From: a virus
Taxonomy: Duplodnaviria; Caudoviricetes
Length of the DNA stretch: 64,000 nucleotides
Strand: one strand, 5' to 3'
IMG/VR virus record: IMGVR_UViG_2654587994_000003
Location: 44,557-108,556 of that record
The position numbers were made by a program, and so were the translations under genes. Below, in pieces: positions 28,160-38,388 of the stretch; position 1 is the stretch's first letter, and every line of letters starts with the position of its first letter. The notes beneath the pieces were generated by a model that worked only from the letters and a program-made list of their open reading frames with translations, made no database searches and was not told the DNA's origin.

Positions 28160-28403
28160 CGGGTTTGTCCTTCTTCTTCGTCGAGCGAGCAGAGGAGATC
28201 ACAGGCTTGTCAGCGGCTTCATCCGTGGCGTCGTCTTCAACGGCGGCCTGCGCCTCGCCCACGATGTCGACAAGACCCTGCGCCTCGAGCTGCTTCGCCT
28301 CGCCTGCCTCGACCTTGAACGGATCGCTCTTTTTGGTTTTCAGTTCTTTGCCCACCGCAAACGTGCGCTTGGCCTTCACTTCCAGAAAATCGGTCATGTT
28401 CAC
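28137..28403 (-). CDS. Small head-associated hypothetical protein
   Basis: Directly after the capsid gene, GGGAG RBS. Confidence 0.65.
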   Translation of the reverse strand: MNMTDFLEVKAKRTFAVGKELKTKKSDPFKVEAGEAKQLEAQGLVDIVGEAQAAVEDDATDEAADKPVISSARSTKKKDKPDAVNEGS

Positions 28404-28444
28404 TCCCTTTCAAGAAAGGGGAGCCGAAGCTCCCCATAGGTCAA

Positions 28445-29653
28445 TCAGGCGCCTTCAACGTCGCCGGTCACGAAGGACTCAGGGCGATAGACTGCGAACG
28501 CCAGGCGCTCTTCGGCGCGGATGGTGAACATGTTCTTCTCGAAGTCGTCGACGTTCTCGCTGGAAAGCAGAACCTCGATTTCCATGCGGTCGAAGATCTG
28601 GGCTGCGAAGCTGAACGCACCGGTGAGGAACTCACCTGCGGCCATGGCCTGCGTCGAAACGACCGGCAGGTTCCAGAGCGTCGGAGTGAGCGAGCCCTGC
28701 GGATTGCCGATGATGTAGTTGCCGCCGGCATCCTTGGTCAGTTCGATCTTCGCCCAGTCGATGGGGTTAAGCACGAACGCAGTTGCCGGATACTCGGCGA
28801 GAACGACCTGCAGAACAGCCAGACGGAGACGGTCAATGCCCGTTTCGTCAGCGGCAGCGAACGCCGGGTTGAACGCGGTAGCCTGCGGAACCAGGCCGTG
28901 GATGTTCTGGCCGGTGCCAGAGCCATTCAGCAGCTGATTTTCTTCGGCGAAGCGCAGACCGTAACGAGCGCGGCCGTCGATGTAGGAGCGAAGCGCGGGC
29001 GCGTCATCCAGGATCTGGCGAGAGGCCTTGAACAGGTGCGCGATCGTGCGAACCGGCGCGGACGTCATGTCGAACGTCAGATCCGAATAAGGCTTTGCAG
29101 TCGTTTCAGCGACCGGCGCAGCATTGTTCGTGTAGCCCGTTTCCTTGACGTACTCGATCGAGCTCGAAGCAGTCTGACCCGGCAGAACGAGATCGCGGAT
29201 CGTCAGCTGGCGCTCAGGCAGGCCGAAGATGCCGGGAACACGCGCGCCGGGGACCAGAGACGTACCCTGAGAGCGGCCGGCGCCGACAGTGGTATTGGCA
29301 GAGGTGATTGCAGCACGATCAGCCTTCACGCGGATAGAGCCGCGAGATGCACCGGTGAGCATACCGGCCTTGAACTCGGCAGAATCGATGACGAGGTCAC
29401 CGAGCGACTTCTGCTCGTTTTCGCCGATTTCGTTTTCTCGAGCGGCGCGCTTCTCAAGGTCACCGAGGCGGGTCGTAACGTCGCCGAGTTCGGAAAGTGC
29501 CTTGTCGGTCTTTTCCTTCAGCTCAGCGGAAACTTCGCCGTTGGCGGCAAGCTTCGTGGTAAAGTCGGTTGCGAGATTGCCCACCTGCTCCTTGATGGAC
29601 GCAAGCGAAGTACCGAGCTCGCCGATCTTATCGGCAAGTTGATTATCAGCCAT
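28445..29653 (-). CDS. Major capsid protein (HK97 fold)
   Basis: SRQILDDAPAL, ENQLLNGSG, DFEKNMFTIRAEERLA. Confidence 0.95.
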   Translation of the reverse strand: MADNQLADKIGELGTSLASIKEQVGNLATDFTTKLAANGEVSAELKEKTDKALSELGDVTTRLGDLEKRAARENEIGENEQKSLGDLVIDSAEFKAGMLTGASRGSIRVKADRAAITSANTTVGAGRSQGTSLVPGARVPGIFGLPERQLTIRDLVLPGQTASSSIEYVKETGYTNNAAPVAETTAKPYSDLTFDMTSAPVRTIAHLFKASRQILDDAPALRSYIDGRARYGLRFAEENQLLNGSGTGQNIHGLVPQATAFNPAFAAADETGIDRLRLAVLQVVLAEYPATAFVLNPIDWAKIELTKDAGGNYIIGNPQGSLTPTLWNLPVVSTQAMAAGEFLTGAFSFAAQIFDRMEIEVLLSSENVDDFEKNMFTIRAEERLAFAVYRPESFVTGDVEGA

Positions 29654-29664
29654 GAGTGGCTCCT

Positions 29665-30783
29665 TTATCGAATGAGTGGTGATTTTGCTTCGGCGATTAG
29701 CCGGTCGATGGCTGCCAAAGCAGCAGCATCCGCATCGACGTCAGGAGCCCCCTGACCATCCTTGAGGTAGAGCCGAGCGGCCCGCTCTGCCTCAGAGCCC
29801 GACAACCCCATCAGTCCCCTGATGCCGTTTTCGAACTCGCGTTTGGTGATTTGCTCGCCGGCCGTCATCTTCGCGACCAGCGTTTGTGCGGCATCCGCCT
29901 TTGCGGCGTTCGCGGCCTTGATGCGCTTTACCGGCGCAGGCTCGACGTCGGCGCCGTAGCGGGCCAAGGTCTCGTCAAGCGTCGCAATGCGGTCGACCAT
30001 ACCGCGGTCCATCAACGCTTCCGCGTAGAAAACTCGGCCTTGGCCATAATTATCTTCGACCTTGCTGACAGTCACGCCTCGCCCTTCGGCGACGGCTGCG
30101 ACGAAGCGATTGTATGACCGGTTAATACCGTCCTGCACATGCGCCAGCGCTTCCTTGCCGAGCGGTTCGGTCTCGTTGCCTTCGACCTTGTGCTTGCCAG
30201 CAGAAATGTACGTGCGTTTGATTCCGCGCTGCTCAAGGGCAGCAGAAAGATCGTCGTGTGCAGTGTAAACGCCGATCGAGCCGGCGCGGCCGGAAGGCGT
30301 GACGACAATTTCGTCGGCCGACGCCGCAATCCAGAACGCCGCACTTGCAGCCAGGCTATTGACCTGCGCGATGATCGGCTTATCGCCACCGCGAAGCTTG
30401 CGAATTTCGGTTGCGAGCTCGTCGGTGCCTGGGACCGTCCCGCCGGGGCTGTCGATGTCGAGCACGACAGCCTTGATATCCTCGTTCGAAAGCGCTTTGT
30501 GCAGCGCTCTCTTGATGCCGGCATAGGAAGTGCCGCCGCTCATCGCGGAAAACAGGTCCATTTTATCGGCCAGAACCCCGTAAACCGGGATTACGGCGAC
30601 GCTGCCGCTGGTTTCAGCAATTTCCTTGGCGCGCGCGTCGTCGATTGATGCCGCGAACTCGGACGAAAACAGCTTCTCACCTTCGGCCCGCGCCACCAAA
30701 ACATCAGCCAAAACGCCCAGTTTTTCGCGCTGAATAGCCCAAGGTTCGGCCAGAAAGGCCGAAATCAGGTGTTCAAACTTCAT
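29665..30783 (-). CDS. S49-family prohead protease
   Basis: LDIDSPGG, AASAAFWIAS, GSIGV. Confidence 0.9.
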   Translation of the reverse strand: MKFEHLISAFLAEPWAIQREKLGVLADVLVARAEGEKLFSSEFAASIDDARAKEIAETSGSVAVIPVYGVLADKMDLFSAMSGGTSYAGIKRALHKALSNEDIKAVVLDIDSPGGTVPGTDELATEIRKLRGGDKPIIAQVNSLAASAAFWIAASADEIVVTPSGRAGSIGVYTAHDDLSAALEQRGIKRTYISAGKHKVEGNETEPLGKEALAHVQDGINRSYNRFVAAVAEGRGVTVSKVEDNYGQGRVFYAEALMDRGMVDRIATLDETLARYGADVEPAPVKRIKAANAAKADAAQTLVAKMTAGEQITKREFENGIRGLMGLSGSEAERAARLYLKDGQGAPDVDADAAALAAIDRLIAEAKSPLIR

Positions 30784-30792
30784 GATTTTCCC

Positions 30793-32022
30793 TTATGCAG
30801 CGCGCGCTGCTGGCGTTGGCGCCGGAGTTTCTGTCTTGCCGAGCGTATCGAGGCGCGTCATCGTGCCATTCACGATGGCTTTGTTGCCGCCGTCGACTGG
30901 CGCCTTGTCTTCGTAAGATCGAGCCTCATCGACGAGGTAGATGCCGTTCGTGACCATCTTCGACAGGAATTCTGCTCGCGCCGTGCTGTCGCCGCGCAAG
31001 AGCTCTTCCATGTTGAATTTCACCTTCGTGGTCTTCCTGGTCTTTGCGTCCAGCAGGTCACGATAGATTGCCGCCTCGATGCGCTTGAGCATCGGTCGCA
31101 TGCAGGTCTTGGTGAATTGGAGGATCAGTTGCTCGATGCCGCTGCCCCAGGTGGTCGTGCCGTTGGCTGCGTGCCCGATCATAACTGGCGGCACGCCGAA
31201 GATGCGGCAGATCTGCTCGACGCTGTACTGCCTCGCCTCCAGGAACTGAGCGTCCTTGGGGTTGATCGACATCGGATAGGGCTTGAAGCCAGCCTCCAAT
31301 ACCGTCACGCCGCCAGCCTTCTCGGCGCCCGCGAACTGCGTCAGTGTGTCGGCGATCTGTTTGCGTTGCTCAGGCTTTAGGATCTGATCCGAGCTGACAA
31401 TGAGAGACGAAAGCAGGCCGTTCTTGAACATCCGGCCAGCGACCTTTTCGCCTGCCAATGCACTCCCGACCGTATTGCGCACAACCGCGATCGGCGACAT
31501 GCCACGATCACAGCCCGGCAGTCGGACGCCGCGGACATGAAACATCTTGCCTTCGGGCACACGGCGCTTTTTGCCGTCTTCCGTCACCTCGTAGTGGCGC
31601 GTATTGCGACCGTCTTTCGACCGGCACACATCAACGCTAAGAGGGTGAAGTGGGTTGAGCGCAACGAGGCGCTCGCCGTTCATCTTCTTTTCCGCGAAGA
31701 AGTTGCCATCTAGCAGCAAGCACATCGCTGCCATCGACCAGAACTCTGGCGCCGTGTCGTCCATGTTCGGCATGTCGTGCAGAAGCTCGTAAAGCGGAGC
31801 GTTCTTATCGACCGTCACGCCGTCCTCGCCGTAAACGATGCAGGGAAGCGTGCCGGCCGCGTTCTGCACGAGGTTGACGCACGCCCAAACCGCATCAAGC
31901 GACAGGGAACTCTCAATTGTGACTGTCTCCCCGGACGTGGTGCCGAGGCCAAAGAAGCCTCGCCAGAACTCGCCGTCGGTGAGCTTGATAGGCCTTCCGA
32001 CCCATCTCTCAAAAAAGCCCAT
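30793..32022 (-). CDS. Portal protein (HK97 family)
   Basis: AVWACV, GMSPI, DAQFLE.R, ICRIFGVPP. Confidence 0.95.
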   Translation of the reverse strand: MGFFERWVGRPIKLTDGEFWRGFFGLGTTSGETVTIESSLSLDAVWACVNLVQNAAGTLPCIVYGEDGVTVDKNAPLYELLHDMPNMDDTAPEFWSMAAMCLLLDGNFFAEKKMNGERLVALNPLHPLSVDVCRSKDGRNTRHYEVTEDGKKRRVPEGKMFHVRGVRLPGCDRGMSPIAVVRNTVGSALAGEKVAGRMFKNGLLSSLIVSSDQILKPEQRKQIADTLTQFAGAEKAGGVTVLEAGFKPYPMSINPKDAQFLEARQYSVEQICRIFGVPPVMIGHAANGTTTWGSGIEQLILQFTKTCMRPMLKRIEAAIYRDLLDAKTRKTTKVKFNMEELLRGDSTARAEFLSKMVTNGIYLVDEARSYEDKAPVDGGNKAIVNGTMTRLDTLGKTETPAPTPAARAA

Positions 32023-32046
32023 CAGGCCTCACCACTAGGTTGCCCG

Positions 32047-33690
32047 TCACCAGGTGACAGAGATGATATTGTTGACGAAGTCGTCGAGGTTGCCGCTATC
32101 GCCGCCCTCGTAGGTCCCGGCCATCGCCGTTGCCATTGCCAAGGCGACTGCGCCGTCGATGCGGCGTTCGCGATTGTGTTTGACGAGCTTTCGATTTCCA
32201 GCAGGATCCGCCTTGACGGTGGCATTCATCATGCACATCGTAAGCACCGGATGGTCCCCGTGGGCCAGATTGCCGTTCAGGATGATGCTCTCAAGCTCGC
32301 GAAGTGCCGGAGACATCGACTGGAAGCCCTGCCCGAAAGGCTGGAAAACAGCATCATCGCCCTCAAGCTGATCGTCCGTGAAGCCGACCTTCTGCAGCCA
32401 TGGCTTCAGGTGCCTGAAATTCCATCGGTCGAAAGCGATCTTGCGGATATCCATCTCTTCGAACCGGTCGCGCAGGTAATGCGCAACAAACTCGTAGTCG
32501 ACGGTTCTGCCTGGAGCGGCTTCGAGATGTCCATCCGTATGCCAGACATCGTAAGGCACGCGGTCGGCTTTTGCCTTGGCGCGTATCCCGTCGCCGGGCA
32601 GCCAGAACGTCGGCTTCACGTGCCAGATGGTTTTGCCTTCCTGCTCCTTCGGCGCCATGAGCACCAGAGCAGTCAGGTCGCTCACCTCAGAAAGGTCGAG
32701 CCCACCAAAGACAGGGAGACCATCAAAGTCCACAACTCGAGCGTTACACGCTCGCCAAATAGCCGGCGACACAAACGGAGCATTGGCATCGATCCTTTGG
32801 TTGAGATGGAGCCAGCGGAAGCTGGCCTCCTCAGTCGGCATTCGTGCCGCGCGCTCCGCGTCGTCTCGCACCGATGAAACGGACTTGAACTTACCAAGCG
32901 CAGGGTTCGCGGCCTTCCACGCTTCCTCGTCGAGGACGTCGCAATCAGCCGGAGCCGTGTAGAGGTGCGAAACCGTTCTTGGTGCTTTCGACGTCTCGGC
33001 ATCGTCCAGCCATCGCGAGAACAAGTCGCCGTCGGTTGCCGCCTGCGTCGAGATGGCGAAGATCATCGCCTTATCGCCGTAGGCGCCTTGCGACGTCACG
33101 ATCGCTTCAACGAAGTCATCGTGCGGACCTTTGATCTGGCCGACCTCATCGAGGATGGCGACCAGTGGCGAACCGCCGTGCGCGCTCTTGGCTTCCGCTG
33201 AGCTGGCGCGGTAAACGACGTTCTTGCGCAGACCGACAATCATCTTGCCGGACGGGACGATGCGATACAGCCCTTTCAGGCGCGGCGACATCATCAACAT
33301 CTTGCTGGCGTAGTTGAAAACTTCCGCAGCCTGGTCGCGAGAACGCGCGCCCGACATGATGCGGCTGTTTGGAAACGCCTCAGGGCCAATAACGTGGCCG
33401 AGCAAGAGGCAGGCGATAGTGGCCGTCTTGGAGTTCTTTCGCGCGATCGACAAATACGCTCGCGACGTGCCGTTCGGGTTGTCATAGACCGACAGGATGA
33501 AGGCCACCTGGAAGTCCAGCAGCCTGATCGGCTGCCCAACCAGCGCACCCTCTGGTACGACCAAATACTCTTCGATAAAGCGGCACATCTTCTCGCCGCG
33601 GGTGAGCTCCGACGTCGGCAGTCCGCGCCAGTCGCGCAGAACCGGGATCGGGCCGCACTTGATGGCGCCGACCACGGCCTCAGAAAGCAT
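32047..33690 (-). CDS. terL: Terminase large subunit
   Basis: ARKNSKT Walker A, ILDE Walker B, GLDLS, RIDGAVA nuclease motifs. Confidence 0.95.
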   Translation of the reverse strand: MLSEAVVGAIKCGPIPVLRDWRGLPTSELTRGEKMCRFIEEYLVVPEGALVGQPIRLLDFQVAFILSVYDNPNGTSRAYLSIARKNSKTATIACLLLGHVIGPEAFPNSRIMSGARSRDQAAEVFNYASKMLMMSPRLKGLYRIVPSGKMIVGLRKNVVYRASSAEAKSAHGGSPLVAILDEVGQIKGPHDDFVEAIVTSQGAYGDKAMIFAISTQAATDGDLFSRWLDDAETSKAPRTVSHLYTAPADCDVLDEEAWKAANPALGKFKSVSSVRDDAERAARMPTEEASFRWLHLNQRIDANAPFVSPAIWRACNARVVDFDGLPVFGGLDLSEVSDLTALVLMAPKEQEGKTIWHVKPTFWLPGDGIRAKAKADRVPYDVWHTDGHLEAAPGRTVDYEFVAHYLRDRFEEMDIRKIAFDRWNFRHLKPWLQKVGFTDDQLEGDDAVFQPFGQGFQSMSPALRELESIILNGNLAHGDHPVLTMCMMNATVKADPAGNRKLVKHNRERRIDGAVALAMATAMAGTYEGGDSGNLDDFVNNIISVTW

Positions 33691-33702
33691 TCACAACCTC
33701 GA

Positions 33703-34158
33703 TTAGGCTAGGAGTTCGTCATCCACGCTCGCGCCCGCCTCAATCTCCTTGGCATGGTCGCGCCGCTTGGCTGCGTCCCTCGCCTCGCCCTGTACGGCGC
33801 GCGCATGCAGCGCCAGCGATCGGCGGAACGAAAGAATGGAAGAAGCATGCATCTGGACCACGGACTTGCGGGGGTTCGCGACCGGAGTGCCTTTTTCGGT
33901 GACGGCGACCGAACCCTCTGTGCGTAGCAGATCCTGCTCCCTCACAAGGTCGGCCATCGTGCGAGCAAGCATCGCGGCAATCTCAAGCTGGTGCGCCGAC
34001 CAATCGGCGCGGGCGTATTCAGCGATGACGTTCTTGAAAAACGGGACGTCACCGTCGTCGAGCGGCACGTTTTCGGGAAACTGGATCTCCTCAGATGCCG
34101 CAGAGGCAATCCTTATGGCCTCATCAACGCTGTCGACGCGGCTTTTCTTCTCAGACAT
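33703..34158 (-). CDS. terS: Terminase small subunit
   Basis: Directly upstream of terL, EG..GTPVANP. Confidence 0.8.
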   Translation of the reverse strand: MSEKKSRVDSVDEAIRIASAASEEIQFPENVPLDDGDVPFFKNVIAEYARADWSAHQLEIAAMLARTMADLVREQDLLRTEGSVAVTEKGTPVANPRKSVVQMHASSILSFRRSLALHARAVQGEARDAAKRRDHAKEIEAGASVDDELLA

Positions 34159-34276
34159 GCGGAATCCCCTCGCGCACGCGCGCTTGCGCACGCGCTAGGC
34201 AAAAATCTGTGTTTGCATTTGCGTTGTGCTGCCCTCACGGTCCTGCGGTGGTCGGTCGGCCACTTTCGAGGCACCC

Positions 34277-34597
34277 CTACCCACCAACCTCGACCGGATA
34301 TCCGTCAACGCCGATGACCACGGCCTGCTGGCCTCGCTCGAGGCGAGCCTTCAGCTTGTCGTGGCATGGAGCGCACAACGATTGCAGATTGCTTGGGCCG
34401 TAGAACAAAGCCTCATCACCCTTATGCGGCTCGATATGGTCACACACCGTAGCTTCAGTGACGTCCTCAATGGCTAGGCAGAACCGACACAAGGGCTCGG
34501 CAGCAAGCTGAGCCTCGCGCAGTCGCGCCCATCGTGCCGTCTTGTAGAGGCGACGGTAGAGAGCGGCTTCGGTCGAGCGGCCGTAGGGTTTGGGCAT
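34277..34597 (-). CDS. HNH packaging endonuclease (gp74-like)
   Basis: PLCRFC..DHIEPH..NLQSLC..CH upstream of terS. Confidence 0.88.
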   Translation of the reverse strand: MPKPYGRSTEAALYRRLYKTARWARLREAQLAAEPLCRFCLAIEDVTEATVCDHIEPHKGDEALFYGPSNLQSLCAPCHDKLKARLERGQQAVVIGVDGYPVEVGG

Positions 34598-34657
34598 TGC
34601 ACTACACCCTTATGACGTGCATTCTTCCTTACATTCTATCGCTGACTGGGGAACAGA

Positions 34658-35080
34658 ATGGACATTGTTGGATCAATTAGCGCCGTTACATCGGCTATTT
34701 CTCTCGTGAAGGAACTTAGGGAAATTGACGCCCAGTTCGACAAGGCAGAGATGAAACTCAAAGTTGCCGAACTTACTGAAGCTCTGTCGGACGCGAAGTT
34801 AGGCCTCGTGGATGTTGCTCAATCGCTGAAAGAGAAAGATGAGCAAATCAACAAGCTGAAGGCCTCGATCCAACGTCGAGAAGAAACGGTCGAGAGAAAT
34901 GGGTATCGGTACCGCAAAGGCGAAAACGGAGAGCCAGTCGGTAAGCCTTTTTGTCCGGTTTGTCTGGAGGAAGGCAACTTCATATTGACGGTCAACAGCT
35001 TCGATGACGGCAGGCCGACAAAATGTCCGCGATGCAAGGCGAACTTTGGAAATGTGACTGGCTACCGAGAACAATCCTGA
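34658..35080 (+). CDS. Coiled-coil plus zinc-ribbon moron
   Basis: Coiled coil, then PFCPVC..CPRC. Confidence 0.7.
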   Translation: MDIVGSISAVTSAISLVKELREIDAQFDKAEMKLKVAELTEALSDAKLGLVDVAQSLKEKDEQINKLKASIQRREETVERNGYRYRKGENGEPVGKPFCPVCLEEGNFILTVNSFDDGRPTKCPRCKANFGNVTGYREQS

Positions 35081-35179
35081 ACAGCGTCATCGAACGCTAA
35101 AACAAAAGCGCCGGGCTCAACCACGATGGGGAACCCGGCGCACGATCACCATGCAAGCGGAGGAGAACGCGCATGGGAT

Positions 35180-35256
<77 letters not shown>

Positions 35257-35388
35257 TGATAGTTACCCGCTGCGTTCAGCGGCTGCACCGAATGCAGCAT
35301 GACGGCGGGGCGGTCGTAACCGCAAAGGGGCGAAGGTATCTTTCGATACCCTCTCACCCCTCGGGGATTTGAGTGCGCGTGGCGGTCC

Positions 35389-36333
35389 CTATGCTGCGCG
35401 GTCACGGAAACGGCTGAGTGCCAACTCTGCTAACCTTGCCTCGCGTTTATCGATCTCCTGCCACCTAATGCTCACAGTGCCTATTGCCATGCCAACCAAT
35501 GCGCGACCAGCAACAGCTGGCTTCAAGACCTCACCCCTGCGCTTTCCTATTTCGGAGTAGCTCTGGCCGCCCAACACCGCATCCTCGAAAGGTTCGACCA
35601 GCGGTCCTAGTGACGACCGAAGCTCCGCCAGGATCGGTTTGGCGTCGATATATTCATTCAGGATTTCATCGGTGATCTTCACGTGTAAGCTTTCCGTCTT
35701 GATCACACTGCCTGAAGCCACGTTGTCGTTGGCTGCGACCACAGTCCTCCGTGGCGGTATCGAATGCGATCCCTTGCTCTTCTTGACCTTCGTAGAGATT
35801 TTGATCTCGCCACTCGGCATTTCCTTCCAGTCGGACGCGGCGGCTCGGTCAATGTCCGATTCTGGCGTAAGGCGTTTGGTTTCCCTGACCACCTCCCCTC
35901 CGTCAGCCTTGCTGTAGTCCAACCCTTTCAGCGGCTCAGCCTCACAAAGCGCCACAAGCCGGCGATATCGAAGGACGACAGCTACAAGATCCTCACGCTC
36001 ATCACGGCGAAGCGCCTCAAGCAACGGAAAGTCCTCGCCGCGGCTCTGAACACAAGAGGGATCACCAATCGACTGCCGCTTCACTATCGCCCTCCGAACC
36101 TTCGCCATTTTCCTCGCCTCGTCAGCCGCTTTGGCTTTTGCTCGTTCTCTGCCTGCCGCCCTCTCCTCTGCAGTCTGCGGGATTTTGAGAACGTCTCTTG
36201 TTTTGGTTTCCTCGATTGGCTCCCACTTTCCATCCACCTTACGGAAGCGAGTGTTGGTCCTGTATGGATGCGGCTGGTCGCCGGTGAAGGCTACCCTGCC
36301 AGTGGCGTCGATGATCTGGTCTTCCTCGTTCAT
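35389..36333 (-). CDS. Hypothetical protein, possible late-transcription regulator
   Basis: Q-like position before tRNA and packaging genes; C-terminal HTH-like GQSYSEIG. Confidence 0.6.
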   Translation of the reverse strand: MNEEDQIIDATGRVAFTGDQPHPYRTNTRFRKVDGKWEPIEETKTRDVLKIPQTAEERAAGRERAKAKAADEARKMAKVRRAIVKRQSIGDPSCVQSRGEDFPLLEALRRDEREDLVAVVLRYRRLVALCEAEPLKGLDYSKADGGEVVRETKRLTPESDIDRAAASDWKEMPSGEIKISTKVKKSKGSHSIPPRRTVVAANDNVASGSVIKTESLHVKITDEILNEYIDAKPILAELRSSLGPLVEPFEDAVLGGQSYSEIGKRRGEVLKPAVAGRALVGMAIGTVSIRWQEIDKREARLAELALSRFRDRAA

Positions 36334-36370
36334 TGCTGTCTCCCCTGTGGTGCTCTTACTGCTGCTGCGC

Positions 36371-36844
36371 TTACGTTGGATGATTGTCGTTATCGGCCAG
36401 CCATCCTTTGACGAGTGCCACTGCCTTGTCGGCCGCTTCTGTCGTGGATGTGAACCGCACCACTTCCACTGGGTGCCCTAGCCGCGCCAGCGACGCATGC
36501 CGCTCAACCTGAGCCGGAGACAGGCGGCCTTTGCCGACTTTGTTCTCGATCATCCGCAGGGTGCCGCCCTTGAGGTAGATCCGCAGGTCAGCTTCTCCCG
36601 GCGTCATGCCAGTTGCGATTGCGTCAGCCTGGGCCCGTGGCCCGCGCTTCGCGCTGTTCATGTCGCCTGCCAGCAGGAACTGGCGGCCGTACTCCGGCAG
36701 CGACCGCAGGGCGCGAACCTGGGCCGCCTGCCCTTCACTTTCCTTGATGGGTGCGTCTGCGACAGTGACCTTGCCTTTTGGCGAAGTACGGATGACGACG
36801 CGCTTGCCATTGATGCGGGTGGTTTGGCTTGTGGCTCTGCCCAT
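36371..36844 (-). CDS. VRR-NUC nuclease
   Basis: GMTPGEADL..IENK..GRLSPAQ. Confidence 0.82.
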   Translation of the reverse strand: MGRATSQTTRINGKRVVIRTSPKGKVTVADAPIKESEGQAAQVRALRSLPEYGRQFLLAGDMNSAKRGPRAQADAIATGMTPGEADLRIYLKGGTLRMIENKVGKGRLSPAQVERHASLARLGHPVEVVRFTSTTEAADKAVALVKGWLADNDNHPT

Positions 36845-36948
36845 GGGCGTCTCCTCGTGGTGCGGTGTCGTGGTGGCGACACACTTACTTTCCGAGAGAC
36901 GAGCGAAAACGGGTAGTCGAATTTGAAAATATTTTTGGGTGAGCATCA

Positions 36949-37165
36949 GGTTGCACCCGGACCGCCCCTCTGGCCGGTGCACGTTGCCCGAATAAATCAT
37001 CTTGAGAACCGTGCGCGCGGCACACCGCCCTGCACGGTTGCACGTGTAGGGGTATATATAAATATATACCCTACTAAACGTGCACTAACCGGGCAGCGCT
37101 GTGCAGGTGTCTCCGCCCGGACGTGCACAGTTACTGCACGGATAAAATTTTGTTATCCGGGCAAA
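36949..37165. other. Putative replication origin
   Basis: Non-coding; many TGCAC and CCCGG repeats around AT palindrome GGGTATATAT-AA-ATATATACCC (37050-37071). Confidence 0.55.
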
Positions 37166-37211
37166 CTTTAACGCGAATATGATGATGCGTTTTGGTTGTA
37201 TTGCCGGTCGC

Positions 37212-38159
37212 TTACGACAGCTCTTTTTCCGATTTCGACAAGAACAAGATTGTGGACGCTGTCATATGCATTATGTACTCGACGACACTATCGTCAACGT
37301 CAACCGGAGTTGCACCCTGGCCATGCCCAGCGTTCTTGTTGCGGCCGGTGGGTACCCCACTCTCTAGGAGCGCTTTTAAATTCGATAGATTGTTTTGCCA
37401 ATACGAAGGCACGAGACCCTTATCAAAGCATATTGTAATGAGGTCTTTTGCCGTGGCCCTTCCCTTATCATAAGTCCACCCGCGCTTGTCGCAGATCGCC
37501 TTCATCGTGCTCTCGAATGCCTTAAGGCAGTCTACAATCGCTTGCTTGTGTTCGCCAGCACGGTAATGTTTGTGCGCACTGAGGAATTCCTGTCTTGGTC
37601 CAGCGTACATTGCGCCATTCAGGAAGGATAGCGCAGGCTTTACAATCTCCGCATGCACAAGCTCGGAGTCTATGCGAACGATTTGATCGTTTAGCCACTC
37701 AAACCCTACGCCGTTTTCTTTGATTCTATAGTTTATTTCTTTGATAGCTTCGTCGCAACGATGCGCCGCATCTTCCAGCGCGCGATAAGATTGTGATCTG
37801 CAAAAAACATTAATGGCAGTTATGCCAACTTCAACCGCATCTAAATAGAAATCAGCCGATTTAGATGATAGAATATAGTTCAAGTATTCCAGCCGGAAAT
37901 CATCATCGTATGACTTCGAGCCCGAGAGGCGCATTACCCCATGCTCTCTGCGGAGAATTCTAACTACTTCCTCATAGCATCGATGCACATTCACGGCGCG
38001 GTCGTCGCTGCGATAATAGTCATCTGGATTGCCAAAAATCTCATCGAATATCTGTACCGTCTGCACCTTGAGCTTTTGCGGAATATTTTCGTATTCGTAA
38101 ACGTCAACTACGTTCCCAGATTTCTTGGCCGCGCGCTTTGAATACAGTTCAAATATCAT
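37212..38159 (-). CDS. Abortive-infection-like protein (AbiJ-N type N-terminus, HEPN-like C-terminus)
   Basis: FELYSKR..DVYEYENIP.KLKVQ..AFESTMKAIC..RNKNAGH (RX4-6H); low GC. Confidence 0.7.
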   Translation of the reverse strand: MIFELYSKRAAKKSGNVVDVYEYENIPQKLKVQTVQIFDEIFGNPDDYYRSDDRAVNVHRCYEEVVRILRREHGVMRLSGSKSYDDDFRLEYLNYILSSKSADFYLDAVEVGITAINVFCRSQSYRALEDAAHRCDEAIKEINYRIKENGVGFEWLNDQIVRIDSELVHAEIVKPALSFLNGAMYAGPRQEFLSAHKHYRAGEHKQAIVDCLKAFESTMKAICDKRGWTYDKGRATAKDLITICFDKGLVPSYWQNNLSNLKALLESGVPTGRNKNAGHGQGATPVDVDDSVVEYIMHMTASTILFLSKSEKELS

Positions 38160-38388
38160 GGAAAACTACCCCAGCAAACCAAAGACAATTCACCTATCCT
38201 CAATACACCTCAAAGTTTATCTTTCAGAGTAAAAAGCCGCTCAGTCCACAACAAAAAAGGCCGGTGCATCACTGCCCCAGCCTTCCTGTCGCTCGCCGCT
38301 GCTGCCAGTACATGCGTGGTCAGTGCGCAAGCTACTTGGCGTTATGAATGCGTGGAGGCTGGTTTGGTTCCTCCTTCTCGCTTAGAAT

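Noticed and set aside
34160-34270. cos site between the HNH gene and terS
   Set aside because: Position is plausible but the cut site cannot be identified from sequence alone
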